From assembly GCF_009914755.1 (NCBI RefSeq), contig NC_060934.1: a stretch of DNA of 64,000 nt. One strand, written 5' to 3'. Both the position numbers and the translations under genes were made by a program. This stretch comes from the human T2T-CHM13v2.0 reference genome, Homo sapiens. Each line of letters starts with the position of its first letter. The first letter of the stretch is position 1. Under the pieces are notes generated by a model that saw only the letters and a list, made by a program, of their open reading frames with translations, did not search any database and had not been told where the DNA came from. Of this stretch, positions 1 through 14,431 are shown one piece after another.

Positions 1-1560
1 AAACTTAAAACCACTGACTCTGTCAGAGAAACTGAAACACTGGGACATTTCATCCTTCAATTCCTCGGTATTGATTTTATGTTGATTGATTTTCAGAATT
101 TCTCTACAGAAACGAAAGGGAAATTTTCTAATCTGCTTTATCCATGTACTTGCATTTCAGACATGGACATGCTATTGTTATTTGGCTCATAACTGTTTCC
201 AAATGTTAGTTATTATGGACCCAATTTATTAACAACATTAGCTGATTTTTACCTATCAGTATTATTTTATTTCTTTTAGTTTATAGATCTGTGCAACATT
301 TTTGTACTGTATGTCTTCAAACCTGGCAGTATTAATACCCTTCTTACTGACATATGTACTTTTAGTTTTAGAAAACTTTTATATTTATGTGTCTTATTTT
401 TATATTTCTTTATTTATTACACAGTGTAGTGTATAATACTGTAGTTTGTATTAATACAATAATATATTTTAGTATGAAAATTTGGAAAGTTGATAAGATT
501 TAAAGTAGAGATGCAATTGGTTCTCCTGCATTGAGATTTGATTTAACAGTGTTATGTTAACATTTATACTTGCCTTGGACTGTAGAACAGAACTTAAATG
601 GGAATGTATTAGTTTTACAACTACAATCAAGTCATTTTACCTTTACCCAGTTTTTAATATAAAACTTAAATTTTGAAATTCACTGTGTGACTAATAGCAT
701 GATGCTCTGCAGTTTTATTAAGAAATCAGCCTAACCATACAACTCTCATTTCCTTAGTAAGCCAAATTAGGATTAACTTCTATAAACAGTGTTGGGAACA
801 ATGTTTAACATTTTGTGCCAATTTGTTCCTGTATTCATGTATGTAAGTTACAGATCTGACTCTTCATTTTTAAGTTCCTTGTTACATCATGGTCATTTTC
901 TAGTTTTTTACCAGACTCCCATCTCACAATAAAATGCATCAACAAGCCTGAACTGCTGTCATTCTTTTCATCATTATCAGTATTTTCTTTGGAAAACTGT
1001 GAAATGGGGTACATTGTCATCCTGCATTTGATTCATCTTGAGCTGAATTTGGGTAACACTAAATGTTTTAGACATTCTCCACTAAATTATGGATTTTCTT
1101 GTGGCTAAATGTTTCTGGAGAGGTCAGAGTTGACAAAACCTCTTCACAGGTTGCTCCTTCTTCCTGAAATCCTTAATCCTCCGCATTTCATGCTTCAGGT
1201 CATTTCAGGGAAGCCTGGGTTTAGATGCCTTTCTGACTCTCAGCTCCTGCACTTCTGTCATCATACCTCTGATACTATTATTTATATTCCTTCCCCACTA
1301 GGAACAGGAACCACATTTGTCATAGTCACTCTCACATTCCTCACTGCCTAACAGGGTGCCTGGCATAAGTTGGGACAACAGATATTTGTTGAATAAAAAT
1401 ATAATTTGCATGTTTATGGAGCTCAGCTATGTTCTCACTTTTTTTGCTTCTAATTCCAGAATATATGTTAAATGATCTAATAATTTGATTATTTTCTTAT
1501 AAGTCTTATTAAACACTAGTCATAATAGACACAATAAATTATGCCTTCTTTTTCTATTGC
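1..1560 (+). other. Probable distal part of a long 3' UTR (terminal exon) of an upstream + strand gene; gene not identified
   Basis: AT-rich and almost repeat-free with U-rich tracts. AATAAA at 928, 1392 and 1533, ATTAAA at 1508, then a T/GT-rich stretch (~1565-1595) like a downstream cleavage element. Inference only. Confidence 0.55.
1533..1538 (+). terminator. Candidate main polyadenylation signal AATAAA
   Basis: AATAAA with ATTAAA 25 nt upstream and TATTTTGATTTTTTGAAAGTGT about 30 nt downstream. Confidence 0.5.
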
Positions 1561-2183
1561 CTTACTATTTTGATTTTTTGAAAGTGTATTTCTAGGTGTC
1601 TTCCTGGTGCTTAACCTCATGGTATATGGCACAGGTATTGCTGGCTTGTGGACATGACTACCTCCAATAGGAGCGATAGGACTGATCCTAGTCAGCTCTC
1701 CTTTGTAGAATTCACTTCCCTTTCTAGGACCCCATATTCGTAGGTGCTCGTTACCATGTTGCCTGATTTCCCCTGTCACTGAGAGCAGCTACCAATAAAC
1801 AGACTGACTGAAAAGGATTAGGAACTAAGAATAAGATACTCTTCTTAGGAGGTATCCACAATGTAATATAAAGTTCAATGAGGGCAGTGCTTGATATGTA
1901 TGGATAAATGACTAATAAAGGAATTTAGGCATTACCAGAACTTTTCAGAAAGAAAACGTACATGGACCTTTCCCAGTATTCCCTCATATGACATACAACA
2001 AAAATAATAGCAGGGCCATATATTATTTATTCATGCCATGCACAGGTATTTCACTACTATCAAAATGTTCACAAAAGCCTCATAAAAAATACAAATAAAG
2101 ACAATGTGCCCATGAACACATACGTCTTAAGTAGCAGAATGAGGATATGAACATAGGCTTATCTGAGTCCAAATCCATGCTTC

Positions 2184-2515
<332 letters not shown>

Positions 2516-3927
2516 TAGCCTGTATCACATCTCATGTGAGAATAGTTTACAGTATCTCAATCTTCGCCTTGAAGTATATGAATGGAAAATATAAGAGCAA
2601 TATACATTTCATAGCCTGGTGGAAAAGAATGGATGGGGAATGAGATTTTTCAAATCTGTGTGCAAACTTAAAAAGAACCTTGAAAAGGATACTATTAAAG
2701 TGCAGTGATTATGTTGACATGAAAATGTAGAACAGATTTCATCTCATCCTATCAATGGGAGAATATATTAGGACGTTCAATATGTGAACATTGTCCTCTG
2801 CTCTAGCTCACATTCTATTCAACAGTAGCAGAATACACACTTTTTTCCTAACACATGGGACATTCATGAAGAGGGACCATATTATGGGCCATAAGTCAAC
2901 TCTCAGATTTAAAAGAATTGCAAATAAAGTATTTTATTTGACTACAAAAGAATTTATTAAAGTAGAAATCAGTAAATCAAATGTATCTGAAAAATCCCCC
3001 AAATTATTGGAAAATTGACACCACATTAGCCCAGATGTGGTTAAAAATAAATTATAAAATATGAGCTAAAGGTAAATACAACATATCAAAACTTGTAGCT
3101 TGCAGCAAAAGCAATGAATATAAGAAAATGTATAGTATTAAATGCTTATATTAGAAAATAATAAAGGATTGAATCTTATCTAAGCTTCCATCTTAAGAAA
3201 TGAAACAAAACAAAATTAAACCGAAACCAAGCAGGAAAGAGGAAATAACAACAATAGCACAGAAAACAAAATAGAGTAAATCAATGAAATCAGAATCTAT
3301 TTTTTTAAAGATTAGTAAAATTGATAAACCTCTACCAGGATAGATCAAGGAAAGAAGAAAAGAGATACAAATTACTAATACCAGGACTGAGAGAGGCACA
3401 TCATTACAGAGCCTATAAAGAAATAATAAGGAAATATTAATGAACTTTATGCCAGTAAATTTGGCAACTTAGATGAAAATGACATATTTCTTGACTCAAA
3501 CTACCAACATCCACTCAAGAAGAAATAGATAACCTAAATTTCTATTATCAATGGAAATTACATTTCTAGTTAAAAATCTTCCCAAAAAGAAAATTCCCAG
3601 CCCAAACAAATTCACTGGTGAATTCTACCAAACATGTAAGGAACATAACTGTACCCATTCTACACAAACTCATCTATAAAATTGAAGAGGAGAACACACT
3701 TCCCACTTCACCTGTAAAGCCAGCATTAACCTAATACCAAAACCAGTCAATAACGTTACAAGAAACAAATCTACATACACATTGATGTTGCTCATAAACA
3801 TGGATACAAAAATTTTTAACAAAATTTAGGAAATCAATTTGGACCATATATCAAAAGGAAAATAGATCATGACCAAGTGAGATTTATCCTAGGAGTGCAA
3901 GCTTTTTAAGCATTCAAAAATCAGTTG

Positions 3928-4384
3928 CAGATGCTTCTTCCCAGGGGTTAAAGCCCGACAAACCCATCATAAGTTTAAAATACCATGTCAAAAATGCATT
4001 TAGTATGCCTACTGAACATCATAGCCTAGCCTAACCTAGCTTAAACATGCTCAAAACACTTAATTAGCCCACAGTTGGGCAAAATCATTTCACACAAATC
4101 CTATTTTATAAGAACGTGTTGAATGCTGGCAACGTAGTACACTGTGGCATATCAGTCGTTTACCCTCATGATCATGTGGCTGAGTGGAAGCTGCGGCTCA
4201 CTGCTGCTTTGCAACATCACAAGAGTATTGTACTGCATATTGCTGGCCCAAAAAAATCAGAATTATGGTTAATCAAAAAATATTTTGATCAAAATATGGT
4301 TGCTATTGAATGTGTATTGCTTTTGCACCATCATAAAGATGAAAGATATAAAGTCAAGTCGTCATAAGGCAGGGACCGTTTGTA
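3928..4384 (+). mobile_element. Tigger5/MER47-family DNA transposon fossil (TcMar-Tigger)
   Basis: Starts CAGATGCT..AAACCCATCATAAGT; contains ACATCATAGCCTAGCCTAACC and CAGTTGGGCAAAATCAT typical of MER47. Confidence 0.75.
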
Positions 4385-4751
4385 GTGTAATTCACTATAT
4401 TTATAGCATAAAAAGAAAAAACAATCATCTCAATAGGTGTGGAAGAAGCATCTGACAAAATTAAACACCAAGCCATAGATGTTCTCAGCAATCCAGGAAT
4501 TGAAGGGAGTTTTCTCAACCTAATAAAGAGCATCAACAAAATACCTACAGTTAACATCATACTCAGTGTGTAGGATCTACTGCTCTCCCCCTAAAATTAG
4601 GAACAAGGCAAGAATATCTGCTCTCACACCTTTATTGAACATTGTACTGGAGATCCCACCCAGGGAAACATGACAAAAATAAATGAAAGAAATACACATT
4701 GGGGAAAAAATAAGTAAAACTTTATTTGCAGATAGTGTGGCTGTCTGTGTA

Positions 4752-4962
4752 GAAAACAAGGAATTTGCAAAAAACTAGAAAAGGTAAATGTAAGGTTACA
4801 AGATACACAGCCATTATGCAAAAATCAATCATATACTATCTAGTGATAAGAATGGAAAACAGAGGAATTTGCAAAAAACTAGAAAAGGTGAATGTAAGGT
4901 TATAAGATACACAGCCATTATGCAAAAGTCAATCATATTCTATCTAGCAATAAGAATGGAAA
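4752..4962 (+). repeat. Tandem duplication of ~104 bp inside the L1
   Basis: AGGAATTTGCAAAAAACTAGAAAAGG at 4759 and 4863; copies similar throughout. Confidence 0.95.
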
Positions 4963-6510
4963 TGTTTTAAATATCAAAAGTATAAAATACTTATATTTGA
5001 TAAAATATGGGCAAAGCCTGTACACTGAAAACTACAAAATGTTGCTGGGAAGAAATTAAAGATGCAATGAAAATTGAGAGATACTCTATGTTCATGGATC
5101 AGAAGACTCAATATCATTAAGATGTCAATTCTCCCCAAGATTTATTGACTCAGTGCAATTGCACTAAAAATCTCAGCAACGTATCTGTAGAAATTGACAG
5201 GCTGGTTCTACACTTACATGGAAATACAAAGGACTTCAAGTAGGCAAAGCAATTTTGAAAAAAAAAAGTTGGAGGACTTACACTACCTGATTTCTAGAGA
5301 CATTTTTATAAAGCTACAGTAATCAAGACAAAGTTGCATTGGGTGTGAGAATAGACACATAGATCAAGAAAACAGAAATAATAGTAGAAAAGACACCCAC
5401 ATATATATAATCAATTGATTTTTGCCAAATGTTTCAAGGTATAAATGGTGACACAATCGTCCTTTCTAAAAGCAATGCTGATATTAGATATCTGTATGAC
5501 ATTCGATATCCATATGAACTTGATTCTTAACTCATACCATATACAAAAATTGTTTCAAAATGGATTATAGACCTAAATATAAGAGCTAAAATTATAAAAC
5601 CTCTAGAGGAAAATAAATTCTTTGTGATCTTGAGTTAGACAAAGGTTTCCTAGATAAGACACTAAAAGCATGAATCATAAAATTGTTGGATTGGACTTCA
5701 TCAAAATGTAAATCTGTTAAGAAGATGCCGTTAAGAAAATCAGAATGGGATACACAGATGGGGAGAAAATATTTGCAAAACATATGTGCATATACCCAAG
5801 AGACGTTTAAAGCACGTCTACACAACCTATATATGAATGTTCATTGCAGCACTACTTATAATAGCCAAAAAATGTAAACAACCCAAATCCATCAATTGAT
5901 GAATAGTTAAAATGTAGTGTATCCATACAATGGAATACTATGCAGCCTTAAAAAGGAATGAAATTCTTGTACATGCTACAACCTAGACGAATCCTGAAAA
6001 CATTATGCTAAGTGAAAGAAACCAATCACAAGAGTACGTATTCTATTATTCATTTATATGAAATGTCCAAAATAGGCAAATCGATATAGACAGAAAGTAG
6101 ATGAGTGGCTGCGTAGTGCTCGAGGTGGGGAGAGAATGGGGAGTGACTGACTACTAATGGGTATGAGTTTCTTTTGGGGGTGATGAAAGTGTTCTAAATT
6201 AGATTGTGGTGATATCTGCACAACTCTGTGAGGATACTAATCCATGTAATTATATATTTTAAGGGGTTAACTATGGTATGTGAACTGTATCTTAATAAAG
6301 CTGTTAAAAATATGTGTTTATACATGTTGAATATATAAAGAATATCTAAAAACTCTTACAACTAAATAAAAAGAAGAAAACACTATTTTTTAATTGGGCA
6401 GAATTTTAAACAGACGCTTTACCAAAGAAAGCATTCAAGAGAGAAATAAGCTTATGAAGAGATGATCAACACCATTAGTCACTAGGAAAAGACAAATTAA
6501 AACATACACT

Positions 6511-6811
6511 GGCCTGGGTGCGGTGGCTCACGCCTGTAATCCCAACACTTTGGGAGGCCGAGGCGGGTGGATCACGATGCCCGGAGTTCAAGACCAGCCT
6601 GGCAAATATGGTGAAACCCAGTCTCTATTAAAAATACAAAAATTAGCTGGGCGTGGTGGCAGGCACCTGTATTCCCAGCTACTCAGGAGGCTGAGGCAGA
6701 GAACTGCTTGAACCCAGGAGGCAGAGGTTGCAGTAAGCCGAGATCACACCATTGCATTCCAGCCTGGGCAACAGAGCAAGACTCCGTCTCAAAAAAAAAA
6801 AAAAACAAAAA
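6511..6811 (+). mobile_element. AluS-type SINE
   Basis: Full Alu dimer with A-tail. Confidence 0.95.
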
Positions 6812-9629
6812 CACTGTGCTATCACTACACAACCAATAGACAAAAAAAAAAAAAAAAAAACCACTATGCTATCACTACACAACCGATAGAATGGCTGAAA
6901 TTTAAAAGACTGTCAGTAACAAACACCAAATGTTGGCCAGGATATAGAGCAACTAGAACTTTTGTACATGGCTGGTAGGAATTCAAAATGGTAAAATAGT
7001 TTGTCAGTCTCTTATTAAAAACCCACATATTTAACATACAACCCAAAAATCTCACCCCCTGGTATTCATCCAAGATAAATGAAAACATATATCCACCTGG
7101 AGAATTGTATTAATATGTTCACATCAGTTTTAGCAGTTTTAGTCATAATAGCCAAACTGGAGATAGCTCAAATGTCTATCAACCAGTGAATGAATAAACA
7201 AATTGCATTACATCCATGCAATGGAATACCACAACAATAAATAACAACAAATGACATGGATGAATATCAAAAATAGATATGCCAAGTATAACATGATGGT
7301 GTGGTGGCTATATAGATATACAAATTTGTCAAAACTAAACAAATTAGTGTGTTTAAAACCATGTTTTTTTGCCTGCAGGTTATAGCTCAATAGGGCTGAT
7401 TTTTAAACACATAGGAGAATGTATTAAGATAACCAAAAAATGAATTAAATCCCTGAAGCTATAAGAAAGCAAAAGTTCCAAGCTCAAACAGAAATACAAA
7501 TGCACTTTTACATAAAAATCATCTGATTTTATTCAAAAGAAGGTAGGTATGTCATTCTAAATTTAAGTCTTGGAAAAACATTTTTAACTTTAATCTGTTT
7601 TATAAATAATAATTCCATACAATGAATTATCTCATTTAGTGACTTTGCTGTACATTTCACAACTTACCTTTGAAAACTATCCTTTCTGAAAGCTAAGCAT
7701 TTGTGAGTATAACTTGTTGGGATGTTACTTTGGCTAAGATAGACATTCTAATGACATCTGCTTTTAGACATTGGATTTTTTTTTTTGGCTAAAGTAGATT
7801 TAATTCTATATAATATCTAAACTATAGAAAATGTTATAGTGCATCAGAATAACAGAGGTACATAATTTATAATTTGGAGGACAGATTATCCTTTTTGATG
7901 TCAACCTCACATAACCCTCATTTCCTTTACTAATTAAAAACAGACCAAAAGTACTTGTTTTATATTCTAAGCATAATAGTAAGCACTCTTTTATGTTCTA
8001 ATAATACGTTTTGAGCTTTGTTGCCCTTTTTTGTTCAGTAACTCATATTTCTGTTATTGGATTAGGTTTGCTTTTCTTTCAGTCTTAGAATACTAGAAGG
8101 TGGGAAGGGAGAAAATATCTTCAGTACAGGCATCTTCAAGGCAAATTACAAGTTATATGTTTTTAATCATCTGTATCTTCAGAAAATGCTGTGTTCCTCT
8201 ATTGCTGAAACCTAGACCTGTGATGTTGTCCTCACGTCATCTCTGATCCAAAGATTGTCCAGAGCATTAGGTCAGTTCTGGAGCTAGTCCAAACCTGGCT
8301 TACTTGAGGGAAATAATTTTCAAACTTTTGAAAAAGAGATGGAAATCCAATGTGTGAAGCATGTACAATCAGAGCTGTTCTGGTGGAAGAGAAGGAGACA
8401 GGGCAGAGCCCAAACCCAGCAGCTCGTGTTCGAGAACTGTTTCCTACAGCAAACGTTCCTGGGGTGGGGGTGGGGTGTTCACTGAGTTTACAAGTCCTGG
8501 AGCTTCTCCAGACCTGCCCTAGACTGGCCCAAATGTAAGCCAAGATCTGAACACCCAGACTACTGAGGCAGGCCTGGCAATGTATACTGGCTTGACATTC
8601 ACCTGAGATGGTTATGCATTTGAAAAAGATAGGATTTTAGAAATACAGTGACTTTTAGAAAATGCTTTCCTCAAGAGTATAGTTAATTTTAGATGGTGAT
8701 AGCACATAACTCATTTTTAATATTAGAAACTCAAGAAGTTTTTGCTTTCCAGATCTTCAAAATAAGGAATTATGACTAGAAAATGTTCAGGGTCATCAAT
8801 ATAAAATCACCAGAAATCCTATGAATTATGCACAATAATTTCATCTGACGAACATGATTCCCAATGTAAACAAATCATAGAGCTTGTGTCAGTATTAACT
8901 CGTGTAAGTTTTCATCAGTAATTTTATTTTTCACGGACTTAAATGAGGGGAAATTTTCTGCTCCAACCTACTTCTCAGAGATATACTAAAATACATGGCA
9001 AGATCTATGAAAGTACGCTTGGAAAAGTAGACGAAGAACTCTAAAACCATGTGTGTGCCTGTGTGTGTCTCTATGCACACATATACACATGTGCTTACAC
9101 ATACACAAGTATACATCAACTTATTGTTCTCTGCTAACAGGTGATAAGGACATCTAGCCATCCCAGAGGACAATCGTATCTTGGCTTTGATTCAGCTACA
9201 CAAACAGAAGCTGAAAAAAGTGGAAATATGTAGTCCTCATCAGGCATCAAGGTTAATACTGGAATGCTGTAGGTATCGCTGTGTGTTAGGAATTAGTTAC
9301 ATAATTCCTATGAAGTGGACAGGGTAGTGGAACACAAATTCCGCAGGTAGTAACTACTCACAAAGCAGACTGCTTGAGCAAGGCTCTCTCTAGAAGCCAC
9401 TGAGGGGACTATGATTAAATGTAAAGATTGCTTTGCTCTGGCATATGTCATCGAGGGAAGGCTGACAAACAAACAATGTTGTAATAGATGTCTTTCCCCT
9501 TCGCTGAGGTAGTCACTAAGTTCAGAAGAGATTTAACCCTCCAATAGAACAAAGAGAAGAGACTTGCTGGCCAGAGGTGATCAAAGATTCTCAAATCCAT
9601 TATTTCTTTTTTGGGATTGTGTACTCTTT

Positions 9630-11231
9630 TTTTATTGTGGTAAAATTCACCATGTTAACCATTTTTAAGTGTATACACTTCATTGGCACTAAGTACATTA
9701 TCAGCGTTCTGCATTCATCACCCCCATCCATCTCCAGAACTTTTTCATGATTCCACACAGGAGCTCTGTACCCTTGAAATACTAACTACCCCTTCTCTCC
9801 TATCCCCAGGCCCTGGTAACCTCTATTTTACTTTCTGTTGCACAAATTTGCCTATTCCAGATATTTCACATAAGCAGAAGATATTTCACATAAACAGAAC
9901 CAAAATGATATTGTATTAAAATGGTACAATATCCTTTTGGTTCTAGATTATTTCACTTAGCATAATATTTTCCAGCTTCACTTACATTGTAGCATATGTC
10001 AGAATTTCCATCCATTTTGTATACATCACATCTTGTTTACCTATTTATATAGCTCACTGCAGCTTCAGACTCCTCTGGCCCCTGCCTCCTGAGTAGCTGG
10101 GACTACAGGTACACACCATCGTGCCCAGCTAATTTTTTATTTGTTTTTGTACAGAGTCTCTGTATGCTGCCAAGGCTGGTCTTGAACTCCTGGCCTCAAG
10201 CAAGCCTCCTAACTCTGCCTCCCAAAATACTGGGATTACATGTGTGAACCACCTTATTTATTTTTTGATGGACATTGAATTGTTTCCACATTTTGACTAC
10301 TGTGAATAATGCTGTTATGAACATGGTTTGCAAGTACCTGTTTGAGTCCCTGCTTTCAATTTTGGGGCATGTGTACTCAGAAGTGGAATTACTAGATCAT
10401 ATGATAATTCTAAGTTCAATTTTTTGAGGAACTTATGTCTTCCACAGTGGCTGCACCATTTTACTGACCTTCAGTAATGCACAAGAATATCAATTTCTTC
10501 ACGTCCTCACCAACACTTGTTATTTTCTGTTTTGTTTTGTTGATAACAGCCATTTTAACGGGTGTGAAGTGATATTGTAGTTTTGATTTGCATTTTTCTT
10601 CTGACTAGTGATGTTGAATATCTTTTCATGTGCTTATTGACCATTTGTATGTCTTCTTTAGAGAAATATCCATTCAGGTTCTTTGCCCATGTTTGAATAG
10701 GGTTGTCTGAGTTTTCTCTGCTGTTAAGTTGTAGGGGTTCTTTATGTATTCTGAATATGAATCCATTATCAGATATATGATTTGCAAATATTTTCTCTCA
10801 TTCTGTGAGTTGTCTTTTCACTCTTGATAGTATCCTTTGATACACAAAATTTATAATTGTGATGAGGCCCCAGCTTATGCTTTTTTGTTGTTGTTGCCTG
10901 TGCTTTTGGTGTCATATCCAATAAATCATTGCCAAATACAATGTCATAAAGCTTTTCATCGGTTTTCATCTAAGAGTTTCATAGTTTTAGCTCTTACATT
11001 TAGGTCTTTAGTCCATTTTGAGTTTTTTTTTGTATATGGTGTACGGTAAGGGTTCAACTTCATTCTTTGGCATGTGGATATTTTTCCCAGAGCATTCATT
11101 GAAAAGACATTGCATAGTCTGGGCACCCTTGTGGAAAATCCATTTATTTATGGTGATACCACCCCGAACGTGCCTGATCTCATCTGATCTCGAAAATTCA
11201 TTCACCATTATACAAGAATTCATTTCTGGGC
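9630..11231 (-). mobile_element. L1 (L1MB-like) 3' portion, antisense; contains a partial Alu (~10050-10253) and a 5S rRNA retrocopy
   Basis: Antisense L1 3' UTR/ORF2 end (TTTATTGTGGTAAAAT..CCATTTTTAAGTGTA; AGATATATGATTTGCAAATATTTTCTC). Confidence 0.85.
11146..11192 (+). pseudogene. 3'-truncated (tailless) 5S rRNA retropseudogene, 5S nt ~1-47
   Basis: ATTTATGGTGATACCACCCCGAACGTGCCTGATCTCATCTGATCTCG aligns to the 5S 5' end GTCTACGGCCATACCACCCTGAACGCGCCCGATCTCGTCTGATCTCG (38/47). TSD GAAAATCCATT (11134-11144) / GAAAATTCATT (11192-11202). Confidence 0.9.
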
Positions 11232-11590
<359 letters not shown>

Positions 11591-11709
11591 TAGAATGTGT
11601 TGAAGACAAAACCCTACAGTAGGTGGTCTTTCCCTTTTACTAAATATTAGGTCAAGATGAGTCACAAAATTTTAAAATCCGAAAAGGATATTTTCCTCCT
11701 GGAATATTG

Positions 11710-11862
11710 TTTTGTTTTATTTTATTTTATTTTATTTTATTTTAAGTTCCAGGATCCATGTGCAGGATGTGCAGGCTTGTTACATAGGTAAACATGTGCC
11801 ATGGTGGTTGCTGCACCTATCAACCCATCACCTAGGTATTAAGCCCAGCATACATTAGCTTT
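11710..11862 (-). mobile_element. Severely 5'-truncated L1PA 3' end
   Basis: (TTTTA)n tail plus L1PA 3' terminal sequence; TSD CTCCTG(G/T)AATATTGTTTTG on both sides. Confidence 0.9.
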
Positions 11863-12879
11863 CTCCTGTAATATTGTTTTGAAGGGTTGGTGATTATGCA
11901 CTATTGCATTATAAGTCTTATATTTCTAGTCCCCCAATAAAAGAAAAAAAGAACTGACACAAGAGTGAATTTGGCTTAAATTTCATCAAAGAAGGACTAG
12001 CAGTTATGAACTGTTTGGGAGCTTTGCTTCCTTATTTGTTTGTTTTGTTTTGATCCCAGCCTAATAGCTTAGCAGAATATTTATTTAGCTAACTCTATTC
12101 ATATATTGTTTCTTACTATATACAAGTTCATTATCACTTAGGGCAATTGTAATATCTCAATAGTTCTCTCCTACATTGTAAGATGCTGTGAGACAGTCAC
12201 CTTTTCTATTGATATTGATCAGCTAATGCTGCTTTATCTTCTCATCTGGACATAACTAAGTTTGTAAACTGAAACTGTATACAATTTTCATTAGCTGCTT
12301 TACGCCTTCATTTTCCTACTATGTTCACTTAGTAGTCATGCATATTCTTTTGTTTCCTCTGCCAGCCCCTCTACCTCCACCTTATCTCAAAACACTGGAA
12401 TACCCATGACTCCCTTATAAGCCCTCTAAGTTTGCCTGGTTAATTAACAGTGTGTTCTCTCAAATGTATATCTCTAGCCCCCTGAGTTCCAGGCTACCCA
12501 CTTAATAAGTCCACTTAGATGACTAAAAGACATCTCAAACTTAACCAGGTCCAAACTGACTCTTGACTTCCCCACTCTTACCCTCAACCTATTCCCAGCC
12601 ACCCCCATCCCAATAAAAACCATTGCCATCTACCCAGGGACTCAAGCCAAATCCTACAGGTAGGGAGCAGGCACTGAAGGAGAGAGCCTCTTTCCTGCAG
12701 GATATCTTCAGGAGATCTGATCATCTTATTCTTCCTTTCAGAAGAGAAAACAGCAGTCTTGATTTTTCTGATTCCCATAGGCTCCATTATTTTAGTTACA
12801 AATATTAAGCAAGGTAAAAATCAAGACATCAGAAAGTAGAGCTATAATTTAATTTAGTGAGTATTTGTTGAAATGGAGT

Positions 12880-13120
12880 TGGAAGGCAGTGGGTGTCATA
12901 GTAAAGGGCAGAATAGGGAACCAAACCACCATGTTCCCATCCCAGCTTGGGCGATGATCACTACTCAACACCTTAGTGCCTTAGTCTCCTCTCTAGTAAA
13001 ATGGAGATGATATTAATAGCACCCACTTGGAAGGCCATTGTGATCATTCAATGAGTTCATAGATTGAACTCTTAGAGCAGTGTTGGGCACATTGTTAGTA
13101 ATGAATGTTAGCTGTTTTTA
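12880..13120 (+). mobile_element. MIR SINE
   Basis: MIR core-like CTCTAGTAAAATGGAGATGATATTAATAGCACC and 3' end GGCACATTGTTAG..TGTTAGCTGTT. Confidence 0.7.
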
Positions 13121-13672
13121 TCTATTATGAGGCAGGCACCGTGAAAGATTCATGTGTAAAATAACTTAATGTACTGAAGCAGACTGTCACACACACAAAG
13201 AAGACATGCAACATGGGGCAACACATGGAAACCACCCCAGTTTCTTTCCCATTGCCTCTCCATCATTTGCATCTTTCTCCTCTTTCACACAACCAAATCT
13301 CTTTGTAACCTGTCTTCCTAACACACATGCACACACAAAAAACCTCCCGCTGGTTTCTTCCAGTCAGATAGATCTAAGTTTAAACCTGGAAATGCAAGAA
13401 ATCACTTGTCAGATTCATTTGTAAAATGTACTTAATATGTTCCTTTTGAAGATTAAATGAGAAAATGTGTGCATAATTTCAGCATGTGCTACATACAGTA
13501 GGTGTTCAATAAATAGCAGCTTCCTCTCCTATTTGTCTTCTATGTGCTGTGCAAATATTTTTCCCTAAGGACAACTTGATTACAGCTCCTCAAGCATGTT
13601 TGACCACTGCCTATGGAGTAGAATCCAAATTCCTCAGCATTTCCACCTTATTTTCAATAATAATATTAATGA

Positions 13673-14328
13673 TGTAAACTAAAAATAAAATTCTAAGCCC
13701 TTGACCATCTGAATGGACTTGCCCTCTTGGCCAAGGGCATTCCAAACTTTTAACCTGAAAAACTAGTTCAGGCCATGATGGGAGTGAGATTGGGGAGAGG
13801 GTCAGACATGCCTCATTTTACCCTCCTTTTGGAATTCAGGAAAAGTTGACTGGCATTTTCATCAACACAGACGTGAAGACTGATAGAACAGACTCTTTAA
13901 GTCTGACAAGAAACATTTACAGTCTATTCTCTCTGAAACCTGCTATGGTGGAGGCTAAGTGATAAAACCTTGGTCTTCACAACCCTTATCTTAACCCAGA
14001 CATTTCTTTCTATTGATTCTAAGTCTTTAGACAATAACTTAACTCTTTCAACAAACTGCCAATCAGAGAATGTTCGAATCTACCTATGACCTGGAAGCCC
14101 TTGCTTCAAGTCATCCTGCCTTTCTGGACCAAACCAATGTACATCTTACATGTGTTGATTGATGTCTCATGTCTCCCTAAAATGTATAAAGCCAAAATGT
14201 AGGCTGACCACCTCAGGCACATGTTCTCAGGGCTTCCTGAGGGCTGGTCACAGGACATTTGTCACTCATATTTGGCTCAGAATAAATCTCTTCAAATATT
14301 TTACAGCATTTGATTCTTTTTATTAACA
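13673..14328 (+). mobile_element. MER4-family solo LTR (ERV1)
   Basis: TGTAAACTAAAAATAAAATTCTAAGCCC start; CAGAATAAATCTCTTCAAATATTTTACAG..AACA end; 4-bp flanks ATGA/ATGG. Confidence 0.8.
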
Positions 14329-14431
14329 ATGGCTAATATTTATTGAGCACTTACTTTTGTCAGGCACTGAGCTAAGTGTATCACTCTTATGAACTCTTTA
14401 ATCCTCGTAACAACTCTTTGAGATAGGTGCC

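Larger units (their letters stand above)
2780..7410 (+). mobile_element. Old L1 (L1M-type) ORF2/3' remnants, interrupted by a Tigger5/MER47 element, an L1MB-like 3' end (~5790-6310) and an Alu
   Basis: A-rich L1 ORF2 hallmarks (TTCACTGGTGAATTCTACCAAACA, AAAGCTACAGTAATCAAGACA) and an L1 3' UTR ending AATAAAGCTGTTAAAAA at ~6310. Confidence 0.85.

Noticed and set aside
1-1560. Naming the upstream gene (e.g. SMAD5 because VTRNA2-1 lies near it)
   Set aside because: The vault sequence here is a retrocopy and says nothing about location; I do not recognise the UTR
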